Shown here piece by piece: positions 1-12,905 of a stretch of 64,000 nt of DNA (the stretch's first letter is position 1; the number at the start of each line of letters is the position of its first letter). The DNA comes from Glaucostegus cemiculus (taxonomy: Eukaryota), in the NCBI GenBank assembly GCA_976551045.1, contig CDPCPM010000103.1:20398001-20462000 (forward strand), written 5' to 3'. Under the pieces are notes generated by a model. That model was not told the DNA's origin. It searched no databases and was given only the letters and a program-made list of their open reading frames with translations. The translations under genes were made by a program, and so were the position numbers.

Positions 1-120
1 TGGGATGGGGAGGAGATTGGATTAGACCTGAAGAGTTTATAAAATGTTCGTTTGCTGTCAATGCCCTTCCTACTGATGACTAAGATTGCCTGCAAAGACG
101 GTACTTATACTGAAAATACA

Positions 121-146
121 TCTCTCTCTCTCTCTCTCTCTCTCTC
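121..146. repeat. (TC)n microsatellite
   Basis: Direct reading of the sequence. Confidence 0.95.
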
Positions 147-309
147 CCACGCACACATACAGTTGCGCACATTTGCTCGACCATATGCCTTTTGGTTCCC
201 ACTGTATTTCCCTTCTGATTTGCTCCCTGGGGTTTTAGCTTGAGGCAGGCGAGCACTGAGTGGCTCCTCTCTCTCTCTCCCTCTCTGTGGGGTGCTCAGT
301 CTGTAGACT

Positions 310-327
310 CTGTGTGTGTGTGTGTGT
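310..327. repeat. (TG)n microsatellite
   Basis: Direct reading of the sequence. Confidence 0.9.
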
Positions 328-369
328 TGGTTTTCCAGTGGGTCGCTGACCCTATCAGTTCAAACTCAC

Positions 370-620
370 CTGTTCTTGGGACATTGCTGGGCTCCAGAAG
401 TCTGAACCGCTGGACGATTCACCTGAGCCTGGGCTCGGGCTCTGGGGTGGGTCTGCACCGTCGAAGTAGGAGGCTGACCGGAGGAAGAAGGCGACATAGT
501 GAGGCTTTGCTCGACCGCCATCTGAATGAGCTCATCCTCACTCAGGCTGCTGTACAAACTGTACTCCTCTTGGCCAAAGGTGCGCCCCGAATCGCGGGTG
601 GTAGTGACCCGTGTCGCCAT
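370..620 (-). CDS. ASB2: ASB2 first coding exon (ASB2-beta N-terminus with ubiquitin-interacting motif); gene continues left of the window
   Basis: Translation MATRVTTTRDSGRTFGQEEYSLYSSLSEDELIQMAVEQSL matches the remembered ASB2-beta N-terminus (MATQIST...GQEEYSLYSSLSEDELVQMAIEQSL). The acceptor tttcttcatccacAG ends at 640, so the exon starts at 639. The donor AG|GTGAGT lies at 369-364. The exon has 251 coding nt (phase 2). Confidence 0.93.
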
Positions 621-1559
621 TCTCCCGCGGCGTCAGGGGCTGTGGATGAAGAAATGCCCAAAGTTTGTTAAAACACCAGCGCTTGCCAAGTTTTTTTTTA
701 ATTTGTTGCATTCCTTGCCATTTATGTGCAGTTCTGTTTAAAACAAAATCTGGGAGGTTCTAGAGAAGTAATCGTGATCTAATTTGTCTGGTGTACACAT
801 GTGATTACTTTGGGCGAGCTTTTACCATGTACTCAGCTGCAGCATCTGAGACGTGTTACATTAGCCAGGCGCGACCGATTGGAAAATGTAAACACGTTAT
901 AAAATTTTGCCATTGTTGCTCTAACACTGTGACATCTTCACGGAGATTGTGCTGATAAGGCAGCCAGAAACTCATGAGAAGCGAAGGGGGCTGGGAATGC
1001 AGAGAGTGCCATTTTGTGGTGCTTTCTAATATTATGTTCAGGGCTGTGTCAGAGAGCTTTTCACACAGCCAATCAAGTACTTTTGAAGTGCAGCCGCTAG
1101 GGCCCTCTCTAAATTGCATGCTGCGGATTCCGCAACCTCGGGCCTCTGCAGCAGGGGATCTGATCGTCCAACTGGTTGTCGCTTGGTGTCCCTCCTGGCC
1201 ACTCCCAGGACTCCCAAACCTAGAGTCCACATCACCACTGTTTACAGAAAATGGCGCAAACCCGACAGGTCCCTGGATTGCAGCAAAGAACCACAGTGCA
1301 CGAAGTAATGTGCACCGAAAAAAAAACCATTTGTTGTAACACAGGTTTTAAGACCAAAATACATTTTTTTAAAGTGTAGGAAATATAGTTTAAAATGTCC
1401 AACAGAACCAAAATGTTTGCTGATTTTTGCAAATTAATTTAAATACTAAAATATCACTTTCCCACAATTTTGTGTGCCTTGTCCACAACTTAGCTGCAGT
1501 TTTTTGAAGTTTATCCTGCAATTTAGTTGCAGTTTTATTTCAGAAAATGCTGCAGTCAA

Positions 1560-1790
1560 TTTGCACACCACAAGGCCACACAATAAGGAACTGTCGTTTA
1601 TTTTTAGTGATGTGAACTGAGAGTTAAAGAAAAACGTCAGGAAACTGCTCTTGGAATGATGTCTTGGGATCTTTTATGGCAGAATAACAGCTGGTCCAAA
1701 AGATGATCGTTCTGGTGGTGCAGTATTCCCTCAGTAACAAATCTATACAAGTCTCTGGAGTGCAATCTGAACCCAGGGCCTCCTGAACTA
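1560..1790 (-). mobile_element. Old Deu-domain (SacSINE1-like) SINE fragment
   Basis: The motifs cttgggatctttta and gcagtattccctcagta are typical of DeuSINE in antisense. Similar copy at 15730-16140. Confidence 0.55.
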
Positions 1791-2139
1791 AGAACAGAAA
1801 ATGCTGGTAACACTCAGCAAGGTCAGGAGGCATCTGTGGCAAGAGAAACACAATGCAGATAACCTTCCATCACAGCCTTTGGAATCAGACACACCAGTGT
1901 TACCAGTCACACTGTTGCTGACAGTAAGAGCTTGAGGTGTGAGTCTTCCTACTTACAGCCTCCTTCAGCTCTGCAAAGCAAATGGGATCATTACTGTCTG
2001 GCTAGTTGGATAGTCAGGGCCAGGGCTCAAACAGTCACAACTCCTTCATAACCACCCAAACTACACAGACATAGGGAAAAATAGTATCAGGAGCTGGAGC
2101 TGCTGCAGCATAACTTTAATTGTCATACTGCTAGTCAAA

Positions 2140-2960
2140 TATCTAGCATAAGGAGAAGTTTGTCCAATGCATTATTGGGAAGACTGAAGTCAGTATCTTT
2201 GGTCCCTATCACAATTTCCATTCCATTGCTACCAACTCTGTGTCTCTCCTTGGCTGAGGGTGACTTAAACTGCAACCTACATGTCAGATTTGACCCCACG
2301 ATTAGCTTGGAATCACACATGAATCACTAGCACCATCTATTTGCACTTTGATAACGTAGATTACCTTCACCCCTCCTTCAGTTCATCTGTTGCTGAAACC
2401 CTCATACAGGCCTTCGTTCTCTCCAGACTGGGCCATTCTCATCATGAACTGGCCAATCTCCTACATCCCACCCTCTCTGAATTGGAAGTCATCCAAAACT
2501 CTGCTGCCCATGTTCTATCCTTGTACCAACTCCCATTCACACATCACTCCTGTGCCTGCTGACCTACATGGTCACCAGTTAAACAACACATCAGTTTTAA
2601 AATTCTTGCCCTTGTTTTCAGATCCCTCCATAGTCTTGCCCCTTCCTTTCACTGTACTTCCTCAAGCTCTACAACCCAATTATGTATCTGCACTCTTATA
2701 ATTCTGGTCTCTTAAATATCCCCAACTTTAACCATTCCCCTGTTGGCAAGCATGCACTCAGCTGCCAAATTTCCAAGGTTTGGAAATTTCCCACTAAACA
2801 TATCTGCCTCTCTACTTTTCCCTCCTCCTTTAAAAGGTTTCTTACAACCTACTTCTTGGACCAAGCTGTTGCTTGCCTTTAGTATATCTTTAAGCAGTTT
2901 GGCTTTTTGATAGTGGTGTTATCAGTTTGATAATATCACTTAGAACCACTACGTGACAAT
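2140..2960 (+). mobile_element. Degenerate L2 LINE 3' fragment
   Basis: AETLIQAFVLSRL...LEVIQNSAAHVL...SHITPV.ADLH is a typical L2 ORF2 C-terminus. Confidence 0.8.
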
Positions 2961-3259
2961 TTACTACCTTAAAAGCACTGTATCAATGCAAGTGGTGGTT
3001 GTTGATGAGAATCCGCACAGTAAATGTTGCTTGTTTTTAGCTGCCCACAGCACATAATTATGGTAACATCTATTCAGATTCAAAGTAATAGAGCAACAAT
3101 TTAAATCATCACTCACAACAGTATGCCAACATCCCTGTATGTTCTCCTTCTCTAGCGACTCAATGTAAAGTTCAGTCAAGGACAGTGAAGTTCAAGCTGT
3201 CCTTGACCAATTTCTACCTTTGCTAGAAGGTTCTGCAAATGAAACCTTATGAATAATGC

Positions 3260-5550
3260 TAAGAAACAAAGAGGAGGCAATCACTTCACTGGGGATATAC
3301 TCAGGCCTCAGTGGCAGATAAAGGAGCAGAGAAATAGGCACATCAAAGAGAGGAGCAAGAATAATTGGGTTATAACAGCAGGGTATTTAATATCTAATGT
3401 TAACTGGGAATATTTTAGTGTGAGAAGTCATCAAAGGTGGTTTTTTTTAAAGTGCATTCAAGAGAGCTTTTTGAGTCAGTCCATTAAGAGTCCTACTAAA
3501 CCAATCTTAGGAAATGGAGCTGATTAACTGGGAGAGCATTTTGGAGATAGTAACCATAATTCCCTAAGTTTCAAAGTAGTTATGGAAAGGGAAATTAAAA
3601 TCCTGAATTGGGGAAAAGCTGATTTCAATATCATAAGACAGGGCATGCTAAAAGTAGACTGGGAACAGCTACTTGTAAGTAAATCTACATCTGACACATA
3701 GAAGTCATTCAAAAGGGATATTGATGGTTGGATAAAGGCAAAAAAGACATATGTGGCAGGTATAAAGAACTCAAAATGGAGGAGGCCAGCAGGTGTATAG
3801 AAAATGTAAGGATACGTAAAAACAGAAATTAGTAGAGAAAAAAGGGGGCACAAAATATCACTGGTGGACTACATTAAGGGAATCCTAAAGCATTTTTCCA
3901 AAGGGCAAGAGAGTAACCAGAGGAAGTGTAGAGTCCATTAGAAACCAAAGGGGTGACCAGCCTTCACTTAGGAGAAGGGCATTGTAATTGGAAAGTTCAG
4001 AGAGGGGACAGTGAAATTCTAGTTGCCAGTAAAAGGAGGAATTTTATTTCTTAATGGACTTATAGATGGATAAATCCCAAGTGCCTGATGAAATGTATCC
4101 CAGGCTGTTATGGGAGGCAAGGGAGGAGATTGCTGGGGCCTTGACAGAGATTATTAAATCTTTGCTAGCGGTGCCAGATGAATTAACAAGTATAGTTCCT
4201 TTACTGAAGAAGAGCAAGAGGGATAAGCCAGGTAATAATGGGCCTGTGGGTCTAAGATCAGCAGAAGGGAAATTATTGGGAGACAGGATTAATCTACACT
4301 TGAATAGGCAGGGACTAATCAAAAATGGACAGCATGGCTTTGTTAGGGGGAGATCCTACCTGATGAATTTAAGTGATTTTTTTTTGAAGAGGTAACAAAA
4401 TGTATTGATGAGGGCAGTGTGTTTGTGTAGTCTACATGGATTGCAGTATCTTCTTTGACAACGACCCATGTGGGAGACTGGTTCACAAGGTCAGAGCTGA
4501 TGAGATCCTGGGTAAGTTGGCAGATGGATCCAAAATGGCTTAGTAAAAGGAGGCAGAGGGTGATTGTTTTTTGTGATTGGAAGCCTGTGATGACTGGTGC
4601 ACCACAGGGATTGGTGCTGGGATCCTTATGGTTTGTTACATCCATTAACGATTTGGACATGAGTAAAGGAGGTATTATTAGCAAGTTCATATGTGACACA
4701 AACATTGGTGGTGTTGTTGATAGTGAGGAGGGTAATCTTGATGAGTTGGGGAGAGCAATGGCAGAAAGAATTTAAATTCTGGTAAGCGTGAGGTGATGGG
4801 CTTTGTGAGAGTTAATAAGGCTAGGACACACATGATGAATGATAGAACGCTAGGGAATATTGGGAAACAGAGAGACCATGGTGTACAAGTCCAAAGATCC
4901 CTGAAGATGATAGGACAGATAGATAAGGTGTTTGAGAAGGCATGTGGGATACATGCCTTCATTAGTTCCAGCATAGAATATAAACACAGGGAGAATATGG
5001 TACAATTTTATAAAACATTGTTTTAGTCACATGTGGAGTCCTGTGTACAGTTCTGATTGCCAAAAGTATGTGAAAGCACTGTAGAGGGTGCACAGGATGT
5101 TGTGTGGAATGGAACATTTCAGTTATGAGGAGGGACTGGATAGGTTGGATTTATTTTCTTGCATGGAGGAGACCGAGGGGGGACCTAATTGAGGAATACA
5201 AAATTATGAGGGGCATAGAGAAGCAGACAGAAAGAAACATTTCCTCATAGCAGAGGTATCTAAAGCTATAGGACATAAGAATAAGGCCAGGGATAGCAGG
5301 TTTAGAGGGTATCCAAGGAAGATCTTTTTCACCCAGAGGGTGACTGGAATCTGGAACAAACTGCCTGTTGATGTTGGAGCCAGAGGCTCTCACAAGATTT
5401 AAGAAGTATCGAAATGAGCACTCGAATTGCCAAGGCATAGAAGGCTATGGGTCAAGTGCTCAAAAATGGAATTTGTATAAATGGTACTTGATTAATATGG
5501 ACATTGTAGCCTGAAGGGCCTCTCTCTGTGTTGGCTAACTCTGTGACACC
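3260..5550 (+). mobile_element. Degenerate CR1 LINE (endonuclease, RT and 3' tail)
   Basis: Frameshifted ORF2 pieces (YPRLLWEAREEIAGAL, QHGFVRGRS, GAPQGLVLG) and a CR1 tail cctgaagggcctctctctgtg. Confidence 0.85.
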
Positions 5551-6061
5551 ATGTCTTTCCTGCTTTAACTTTTACCATTACCAATACAACATCCAATAAG
5601 TGCTTCGCATTCCAACCATTTAGAACTAACCTAGGAAAATCACCTCCCATAACTTTCCTGAATATACTTTGAAAAGATATCCTCTGCATACATTAGCCTC
5701 ATCCTCTGTTCACATTGGAAAATAGACAGTATGCAGACATTCGAAAACAAATTTGAAAGTTTTGATGAAGCAAGAAACTGAGAAGTGATGAGCTGGATTA
5801 TAACAAATGAAGAGTTGAACCACAACAATAGAAGTAGTTTTGTTTTCTCTTATTGGTTTATGACAAAACCATCAGCAGCATCTTTTGCTTCATTATTTGG
5901 CAACTGTCCATGACCGATTGCTAAGCATTTTGCAACTAAAAATATACATGGGCAATAGAAGGATATTCACTCCAGTCTGATAGTTGAGAAATCACATATC
6001 AGTGACATAATGAATCATATGCTTAGGATGAAATAAGGTCAATATATTTTTATATGTTTAC

Positions 6062-7058
6062 CATTTTCTGAGTGGAGGTCGGTGACCTCCGGTGTACCTC
6101 AGGGATCTGTGCTGGGACCCTTGCTCTCTGTCATCTTTATAAATGACCTGGATGAGGAAGTGGAGGGGTGGGTTAGTAAGTTTGCTGACGACACGAAGGT
6201 TGGGGGAGTTGTGGATAGTTTGAAGGGTTGTCAGAGGCTACAGAGGGACATAGATAGGATGCAGAGTTGGGCTGAGAAATGGCAGATGCAGTTCAACCCG
6301 GATAAATGTGAAGTGGTTCATTTTGGTAGGTCAAATAGGTTGGCGGAATATAGAATTAATGGTAAGAGTCTTGGCAGTGTGGAGAATCAGGGGGATCTTG
6401 GGGTCCGAGTCCATAGGACGCTCAAGGCGGCTGAGCAGGTTGACTCTGTGGTTAGGAAGGCGTATGGTGTATTGTCCTTCAACGGTCGAGGGTTTGAATT
6501 TAGGAGTAGGGAGGTAATGCTTCAGTTGTATAGGTCCCTGGTCAGACCCTACCTGGAGTATTGTGTTCAGTTCTGGTCGCCTCACTACAGGAAGGATGTG
6601 GAAGTTATAGAGAGGGTACAGAGGAGGTTTGCGAGGATGCTGCATGGAATGAGGAGCATGCCTTATGAGAGCAGGCTGCAGGAACTCGGCCTTTTCTCCT
6701 TGGAGAGAAGGAGGATGAGGGGGGACCTGATTGAGGTGTATAAGATGATGAGGTATGGATAGGGTAGATAGACAGAGGCTTTTCCCCAGGGCTGAAATGG
6801 TGGCCACAAGAGGACATAGGTTTAAGGTGCTGGGGGGAAGATATAGGGGAGATGTTAGGGGTAAGTTTTTTACTCAGAGAGTGGTGAGTGCGTGGAATGG
6901 GCTGCCGGAGATGGTGGTGGAGGCGGATACGTTAGGGTCTTTCAAGAGACTGTTGGATAGGTACCTGGAGGTAAATAAGATAGAAGGTTATGGGTAAGCC
7001 TAATAGTGTGGGGCATGCTCGGCACAGCTTTGTGGGCCGAAGGGCCTGAATTGTGCTG
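6062..7058 (+). mobile_element. Young 5'-truncated CR1 LINE
   Basis: SGVPQGSVLGP...KFADDTK...LEYCVQFWSP is open for 226 aa, with one frameshift at ~6755. 3' tail gggccgaagggcctg...ctatgttctatg. Confidence 0.95.
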
Positions 7059-8304
7059 TAGGTATCTATGTTCTATGTAACGGTGTGTGAATTCACTGGA
7101 TGCCACTGAAAGTCAGGGTAATTTATTTTGTTTGTATGTGGAATCGTGTGTTAATATAGTTGTCTCCACCTTCAAAGCACTGGTATCTTGAAGCATTTTG
7201 CTTCAATAAATTTGTCCCTAAATGTATCCAATTTTGTTAGAATGTAAAACAGCTGGTAATTTGTGCACAAGGTCCCACGTTCAGCAGCAAATATTCACAT
7301 TATGCCTGGAAAATGCAGAAAATTACAGGGCTCAAATAATTAGCTTACATAGGTGTAGGATGTGGTTGGCTTACCCAGCAGTGGAACCTAAGAACTGCTT
7401 GGAGTGACGATGGAAATGAAAGACCTAGGTCTGAAGCAAAACCTAACCTCTAGACCCTTTAAAGAAGGTGGTTGGCTTGAACATGCCTGAACAAATCAGG
7501 ATGTTTAACTTAATAAATAATATTTGTGCAGCCAATCAAGTGTAACCATGTCATCCATTTTGCAAACACTTTGAAATGCAACAGACCTGTGCTAGATGCA
7601 AGGCTGTAAGTTCAATAGACATCAGATATTTGAGCTATTTTAGTGAATGGGCAGTGAGGTTTTCATCCCTGTATCCCACACAGAATCATGCAAAGATAGG
7701 AAAGACAAAGAAATAATCAATTTCTGGCCACAGGTGAAATCCAGAAGTTACTTTCAGAAAAGGCTTTGGATATAGCTGGAGCATTAATTTGTCCTCATAT
7801 CAACTTAAATACCTATTTACAAGGGCCCAAGTTCTGCAAACTCATATGTCTGTGACTGCTGCCAATAGAACGGCTGTCCTGCTTTTAGGAATTTCACTTG
7901 ACAACAATTCATGAGTTCCAAATTAGCACATGGGTTTATAGATTTAGATTCAAGGGAGGAACTGAAGGACAGAAGAAGGACTATTTACGCAGAGCCCCAT
8001 TTTGCAAAAGCATAAAATAGGGGTACGTTCTTACAGAGGTTCTTAATGGGGAGGTCTGATTCCAATAATTGCAATCTTCCACTTTCAAAGTAAGAAGTTG
8101 TTAGCAGACAAATTTGAACAATCGTTTTGCCAAGATGGGATGTTTCTTAGGTTGCTTTAGGAAAGTTTGACATGGGGTGCAGGAGGTCTGGAACATTGCA
8201 AATATTGCAGCCTTGTAAAAAGGGGGAGAACAAACCCAAAGAAATACAGTATCAGAAAAATTAACCGGTAGTTCTTCCCTAAATGAAACATTGCATGCTG
8301 TATC

Positions 8305-8400
8305 TCCGTGAGGAATTGCGGGCTGCCCCAGAACGTTCTACGCAAAAGATGCATTTCACTGTATGTTTCGATGTACATGTGATTAATAAAGATACCTTAT
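8305..8400 (+). mobile_element. SINE 3' fragment (V-SINE family with Rex1-like tail)
   Basis: ggctgcccccagaac...gtacatgtgattaataaagatac is shared with copies at 15515-15697 and 24745-25025. Confidence 0.75.
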
Positions 8401-9165
8401 AATTTACGAGGCTGTACAGTTCATCTTGCCTCAGGTTTCAAGATGTAAATGGTGCTTGCCTCACGCAACAGGAACGCGGGTAAACAAGGTTGATGAAGAG
8501 AAAAAGTGTGCTCACGTCTAGCTCATCGGGGAGATTGGGAGATTTTACATGAAATAGTTCATTGACCGTTCAACATTACCGATATCGCTATATGAACGCA
8601 GAGAGCAGCACAAGTTCCCATGAAACTAAATTGTTTAGATGGATATTTTAGCTGGAATATTTTATCATCTCCCACTGGGCTATCCTGTGACCGATTTGGC
8701 TTACCAAAGTGATTATGAAAACAGAAGCTGACAGAAACCTACAGCTGGGACGCCTGGCTCCGAACCCTCGGTACATGTCCATGTAAACACTGCAGACATA
8801 GCCAGCGTGCTGTACCCTGTGGAGATTACTTTGCCGAGACTACCGCCTTCTTTCAGTAGACCAAACTTTCCTGCTTATTTCGGTGATTATCTTTCATCTT
8901 AAAGGGAACTATCATCTAAGGGCGACCGATCTGACCCGACTGCGAATCACCAAAATAAGCAAGGAAAGCTGTATGCATTATCTGCCGACTTTTTTTTATA
9001 GCGCATACGGCTAAAGCCGAAATCTCTGCTGCCTAGCCTTATTTTGATTTTGCGGTTGTACAACGCGGTTATCATTACAATTCACTTTACGCTATTACAC
9101 GAACGCGGTAGGCGCAGCGTAAAGTTCGCAGAGATCTTAACCCGGGACTCCAATCGTGACATTAC

Positions 9166-9430
9166 CGGGTGTCGGGGTCAAGGCGCTTGTCACAACCAAC
9201 TCCTCAATGTCCCCCTTTGATCTTCAGCGCAACAGCCGGCTGGGAGCCTTTTCTCGAGCTTCCTTGGTGGTCCTGCCTTGTCCGCTGTCCCCTCTCTCTG
9301 TCCTCTGTGTAAGGTTAGGGAGTGGTAAAAAGCTGCTCTATTTTTGTACAAGTGCGTGACCAATCATGAAAAGTGAAATATGTTGGTGCATCAGCCAACT
9401 GGAGTGCGATGGGATGTATATTTAACCATG
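9166..9430 (-). promoter_or_regulatory. ASB2: Candidate ASB2 non-coding first exon and promoter
   Basis: Repeat-free, CpG-enriched block at about 8400-9500. Minus-strand donor CCG|GTAATG at 9165-9160. CCAAT box (gaccaatca, 9358-9366), E-box CAACTG (~9396) and near-MEF2 A/T motifs (ctatttttg ~9338, tatatttaa ~9417). The coding exon has its own acceptor, so an upstream exon is needed. The location is inferred. Confidence 0.35.
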
Positions 9431-9689
9431 GGAACAGCAGCAGGAGCATCTTCGCCAGGTCTGGCTTGCCTACGTGGTTATCTAAGTCTTCCTCCGCCAC
9501 CGACTGAGTGGGATTTCTCTGCCCTAGTTTAGCTACCTAATCCCACATTGGGAATCTCATTGCAATGGATTGGATCCCACTCCTTGCACTCTTTTAGAAC
9601 AAGGGTGCAAAATTTGCAGTTCTCCCCAACTCCAGAAGCATCCCAAGCTCTAAGGAAAAGACTGTGGTCTGTGCCTCTACCCTTACTTC

Positions 9690-10080
9690 TTTAGGCCACC
9701 CTGGATGTGGTGATCCTATTGAAAGGTAAGATTCTAAGGGGGCATGGCAGGGTAGAAGTTGAGATGTTCTCACTCTTGGGAGAATCTCGAAGGAGGTGAC
9801 ATAGATACAAGATAAGAGCATGGTCATTCAGAATGAGGCTCAAGGGAATTTCCTTTTAGGCAGAGGCTGGAGAACCTCTGTACTTCTTGAAGGTTGTGGA
9901 TAGTAGACCACTGGAGGCAGATAAATTTCTGAAAGGTCAGGAAATTGAAGGCTTTGGGGAAATGGCCCAGAAGGGTAGGTGAGACTTGGAGTAGATCAAC
10001 CATGATCATATTGAAAGGTGTGGCAGGTTTGAGAGGTCAGCTTGCCTACACCTGCTCCCATTTTCTTGTGTCCTTGTCTT
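9690..10080 (+). mobile_element. Old CR1 3' fragment
   Basis: Degenerate gatcctattgaa...agatcaaccatgatcatattgaa...gcctacacctgctcccattttcttgtg. Confidence 0.65.
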
Positions 10081-10779
10081 CTTGCATCCCACTTGGGCAG
10101 AGTGACTGTTCCATTCTGACCACCACCAACTTACTTTGATGATTTGTCTCTGAGACCCTGAAGTTTTGTCCTTGACCTTTTCTTGATTCTCCTCTACACT
10201 CTGACACTAAGTGTCATAATTTGAAAACATAATGGCCCACAAGTTCCTGGCAGCTCACACCTTGAGTAGATCATCCAGCAAAGATTTCAACAAAGCCTTG
10301 CATGGTGCAGAACCATTGTCTATATGTAGCATCAAGCTGCAAGGCCAGAACAAGCCACAACTGCGGAAACATTTTAACAGCTTGTTGAAACACGTCTCCA
10401 AGCTGAACCAACTGTTAAAATTGTCAAAATAGTTGAATGCTTGTGACCATCTCTGAGATGGACAAGCAAAAACAATTACAAATTAATCACATTTTTAAAA
10501 GAATGTAAATGAAAATTGAAAACACTTAAAACTAATTGAATACATTGAAGTCAACCTCAATCAATTCAAGAAGATGTAGTTTATATGCAACAAAGCTCTG
10601 TCCTCATGGCTGGTCCTCTCCATTGAAACAAATGGAGTTGCTGATCTAGGTCTAAGTGATACTAGTTCAGATGACTGAGTTTTCAACAAAACTGGATGAG
10701 AATTGCAGCTGGCTACCATGGCAGGCAAGGGTATTTCTGTGAAAAAATTGGGTCAATATCTATTATAACAGCCCTTCCA

Positions 10780-11215
10780 TCAGCTCATCTACTGTTTACA
10801 CCCTCATTCATGCTTTTATTAGCTCTGGCATCAACTGTTCCATTGTTTTCCTGGACCAACTCTCACCCTGTCTATGCCATGAACCTAACTTGCACCTAAT
10901 CCTGTCCAGCAATCACAACTGTGCTTGCAGGTTTATACTGGCTCCCAGTCTGGCAGTTTATTAATATTAATTGGTAACTGTTTGCAAATTTCTCCATGGC
11001 CTTGTCCTCATCCTGTCTTCCAGCTCTACAACCCCTGAGCTCTCTGTGTTCCTCTGGTTCTGGCTCCATTATTGGTGTCCGTACTTTTAGCTTCCTCAAT
11101 CCTAAACTCTGAAATACCCTCTCTAAGGTGCTGTGCTACTCCATCTGTCTTTTCTTTCAGATCCTTCTTGAAACGTCTCTTTTCAGCCAAGTTTTAAGTA
11201 TCCTATCATAGTGAC
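10780..11215 (+). mobile_element. Old L2 fragment
   Basis: Similar to the L2 pieces at 2340-2900 and 43150-43690. Confidence 0.55.
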
Positions 11216-11461
11216 TCCTTCCACTGAAAAGTTATGGAACTAAAATGTTCTACCTGACCTTTTAGGTATTTGTAGTGTTTTCTATTTTTGCTTTACACTT
11301 CCAGCTTTCATATTATTTTTTTTTCTCCTTTTAATTAATCTCTTATGAAGCATCTTGTGACATTACACAACTTTAAAGGTTCTGTATAAATGCAAACGGT
11401 TGCCAATGTTGCATTAGTATAAAAAAATCAGTTTTCAAAGCAAATAATCATTCTACAGAAT

Positions 11462-11768
11462 AATTGGTATTGGTTTATTATTGTCACTTGCACCAAGGGA
11501 CAGTGAAAAACTCGTCTTGCATACTGTTCTACAGATCAATTCATTACATAGTGCATTGAGGTAGTACAGGGTATAAACAATAACAGAATACAGAGTAAAG
11601 TGTCACCTCTACAGGGAAGGGCATTGCAGGTAGACAATAAGGTGCAAGGTCATAACAAGGAAGGTTGTGAGGTCAAGAGTCCATCTCGTTGTATAAGGGA
11701 AACATATAATAGTCTTATCACAGTGGGATAGAAGCTGCCCTTGAGCCTGGTGGCATGTACCCTCAGAA
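11462..11768 (-). mobile_element. Rex1/Babar-type LINE 3' fragment
   Basis: Tail ggtattggtttattattgtcacttg... is shared with 22631-23046 and 31215-31425. Confidence 0.75.
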
Positions 11769-12764
11769 TATTTCCTTACTATGAGATTATTTTCATTTCT
11801 TCTACATTGTAGACTGTTTTAGATCCAAAGTGACAGCCATAAGTATGTTGATGTTGATTTATAAATTAAAAATTCTGTTTTATTGTTGAGAAACATCATA
11901 TATAATTTATTTAATAAGATGCATACATTCTGAAATATGTTAAGTACAACATTTACGCCACTTATAAAAGTATAAATTTAGGAACATGCATAGCTAAATT
12001 TTAAATTTAAAGATTTTGTATGTCAACATTATACTCGACCATTAAACATGTGATTGCTTATAGGCTGAGCAAGGAGATTCTAAACTTAGAGTGCAAACTA
12101 TACTGCATACTTCATCGTCTAGAAACTTGTGAATTATTGACAACTTTCCAGGAGCAATTAGAAACTTCATGAACACCTCTGAATGAGGACTGGGGCAATG
12201 TTGTGTATGGAGACCATACCAAAATCTGTAATTACAGAGAAGGTGTAGCCCTTCAGCCAGTTCTGTGTTGCTACCAAGAGTTCCACCTCACAGCAATAAA
12301 AGTGTGAAGGAATATCTTCATTGATGATTTCTGAGCTGACTGTCGAGAGGAGAGAGGCCTTGCAATGAAGCTGCCTTACCTCACATGGCGTATAACTGTT
12401 ACAATTCCTGCCCATCATGAAACTTGATTTAAAATGTAAGCCAAGTTTTTGTTACTTCCAACTTATGAAAATGCTAAACACCTACCCAGTCTCCCTGAAT
12501 GTTCAATACACCCGAGTTCATTGCGCAGAGGAGTGAAAACTAGATAGTGTCTGGAATTTAATAAAGAGCCATGCTTCTCAGACTGGGTACAGTACAAGCA
12601 CTGGCTCTGATACATTTAATGACTGGAGAAAATAAAATGAAGATCACTAGTTTCATCATTATCATCTATCCTGGGAGGTATTATGTCTGCTCATTAGAAG
12701 TTTGACATTAGATTCCAGAGAAGTAGCAAACTATTAATTAACTTTTGTAGTCTGAATGGAGGTG

Positions 12765-12905
12765 TTCAGCCAAATAGTTTGGTTTCTCCAGTGTAGAAAA
12801 GACCACATTGTAAGCATTGAATGTAATATGCTAAATTAGAAGAAGTACAAGTGAATTCCTGTTTCACCTGGATAAAGTGTTTGGATGGTGGGAAGGGAAG
12901 AGGTA
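12765..12905 (-). mobile_element. Penelope-like GIY-YIG fragment
   Basis: Translation QEFTCTSSNLAYYIQCLQCGLFYTGETK. Confidence 0.75.

Noticed and set aside
240-741. Plus-strand ORFs of 143 aa and 71 aa
   Set aside because: They are antisense shadows of the ASB2 exon and microsatellites.
856-1339. Overlapping ORFs on both strands (124 aa, 121 aa)
   Set aside because: No recognisable protein similarity or consistent splice structure. The segment may be regulatory, but I cannot support that.
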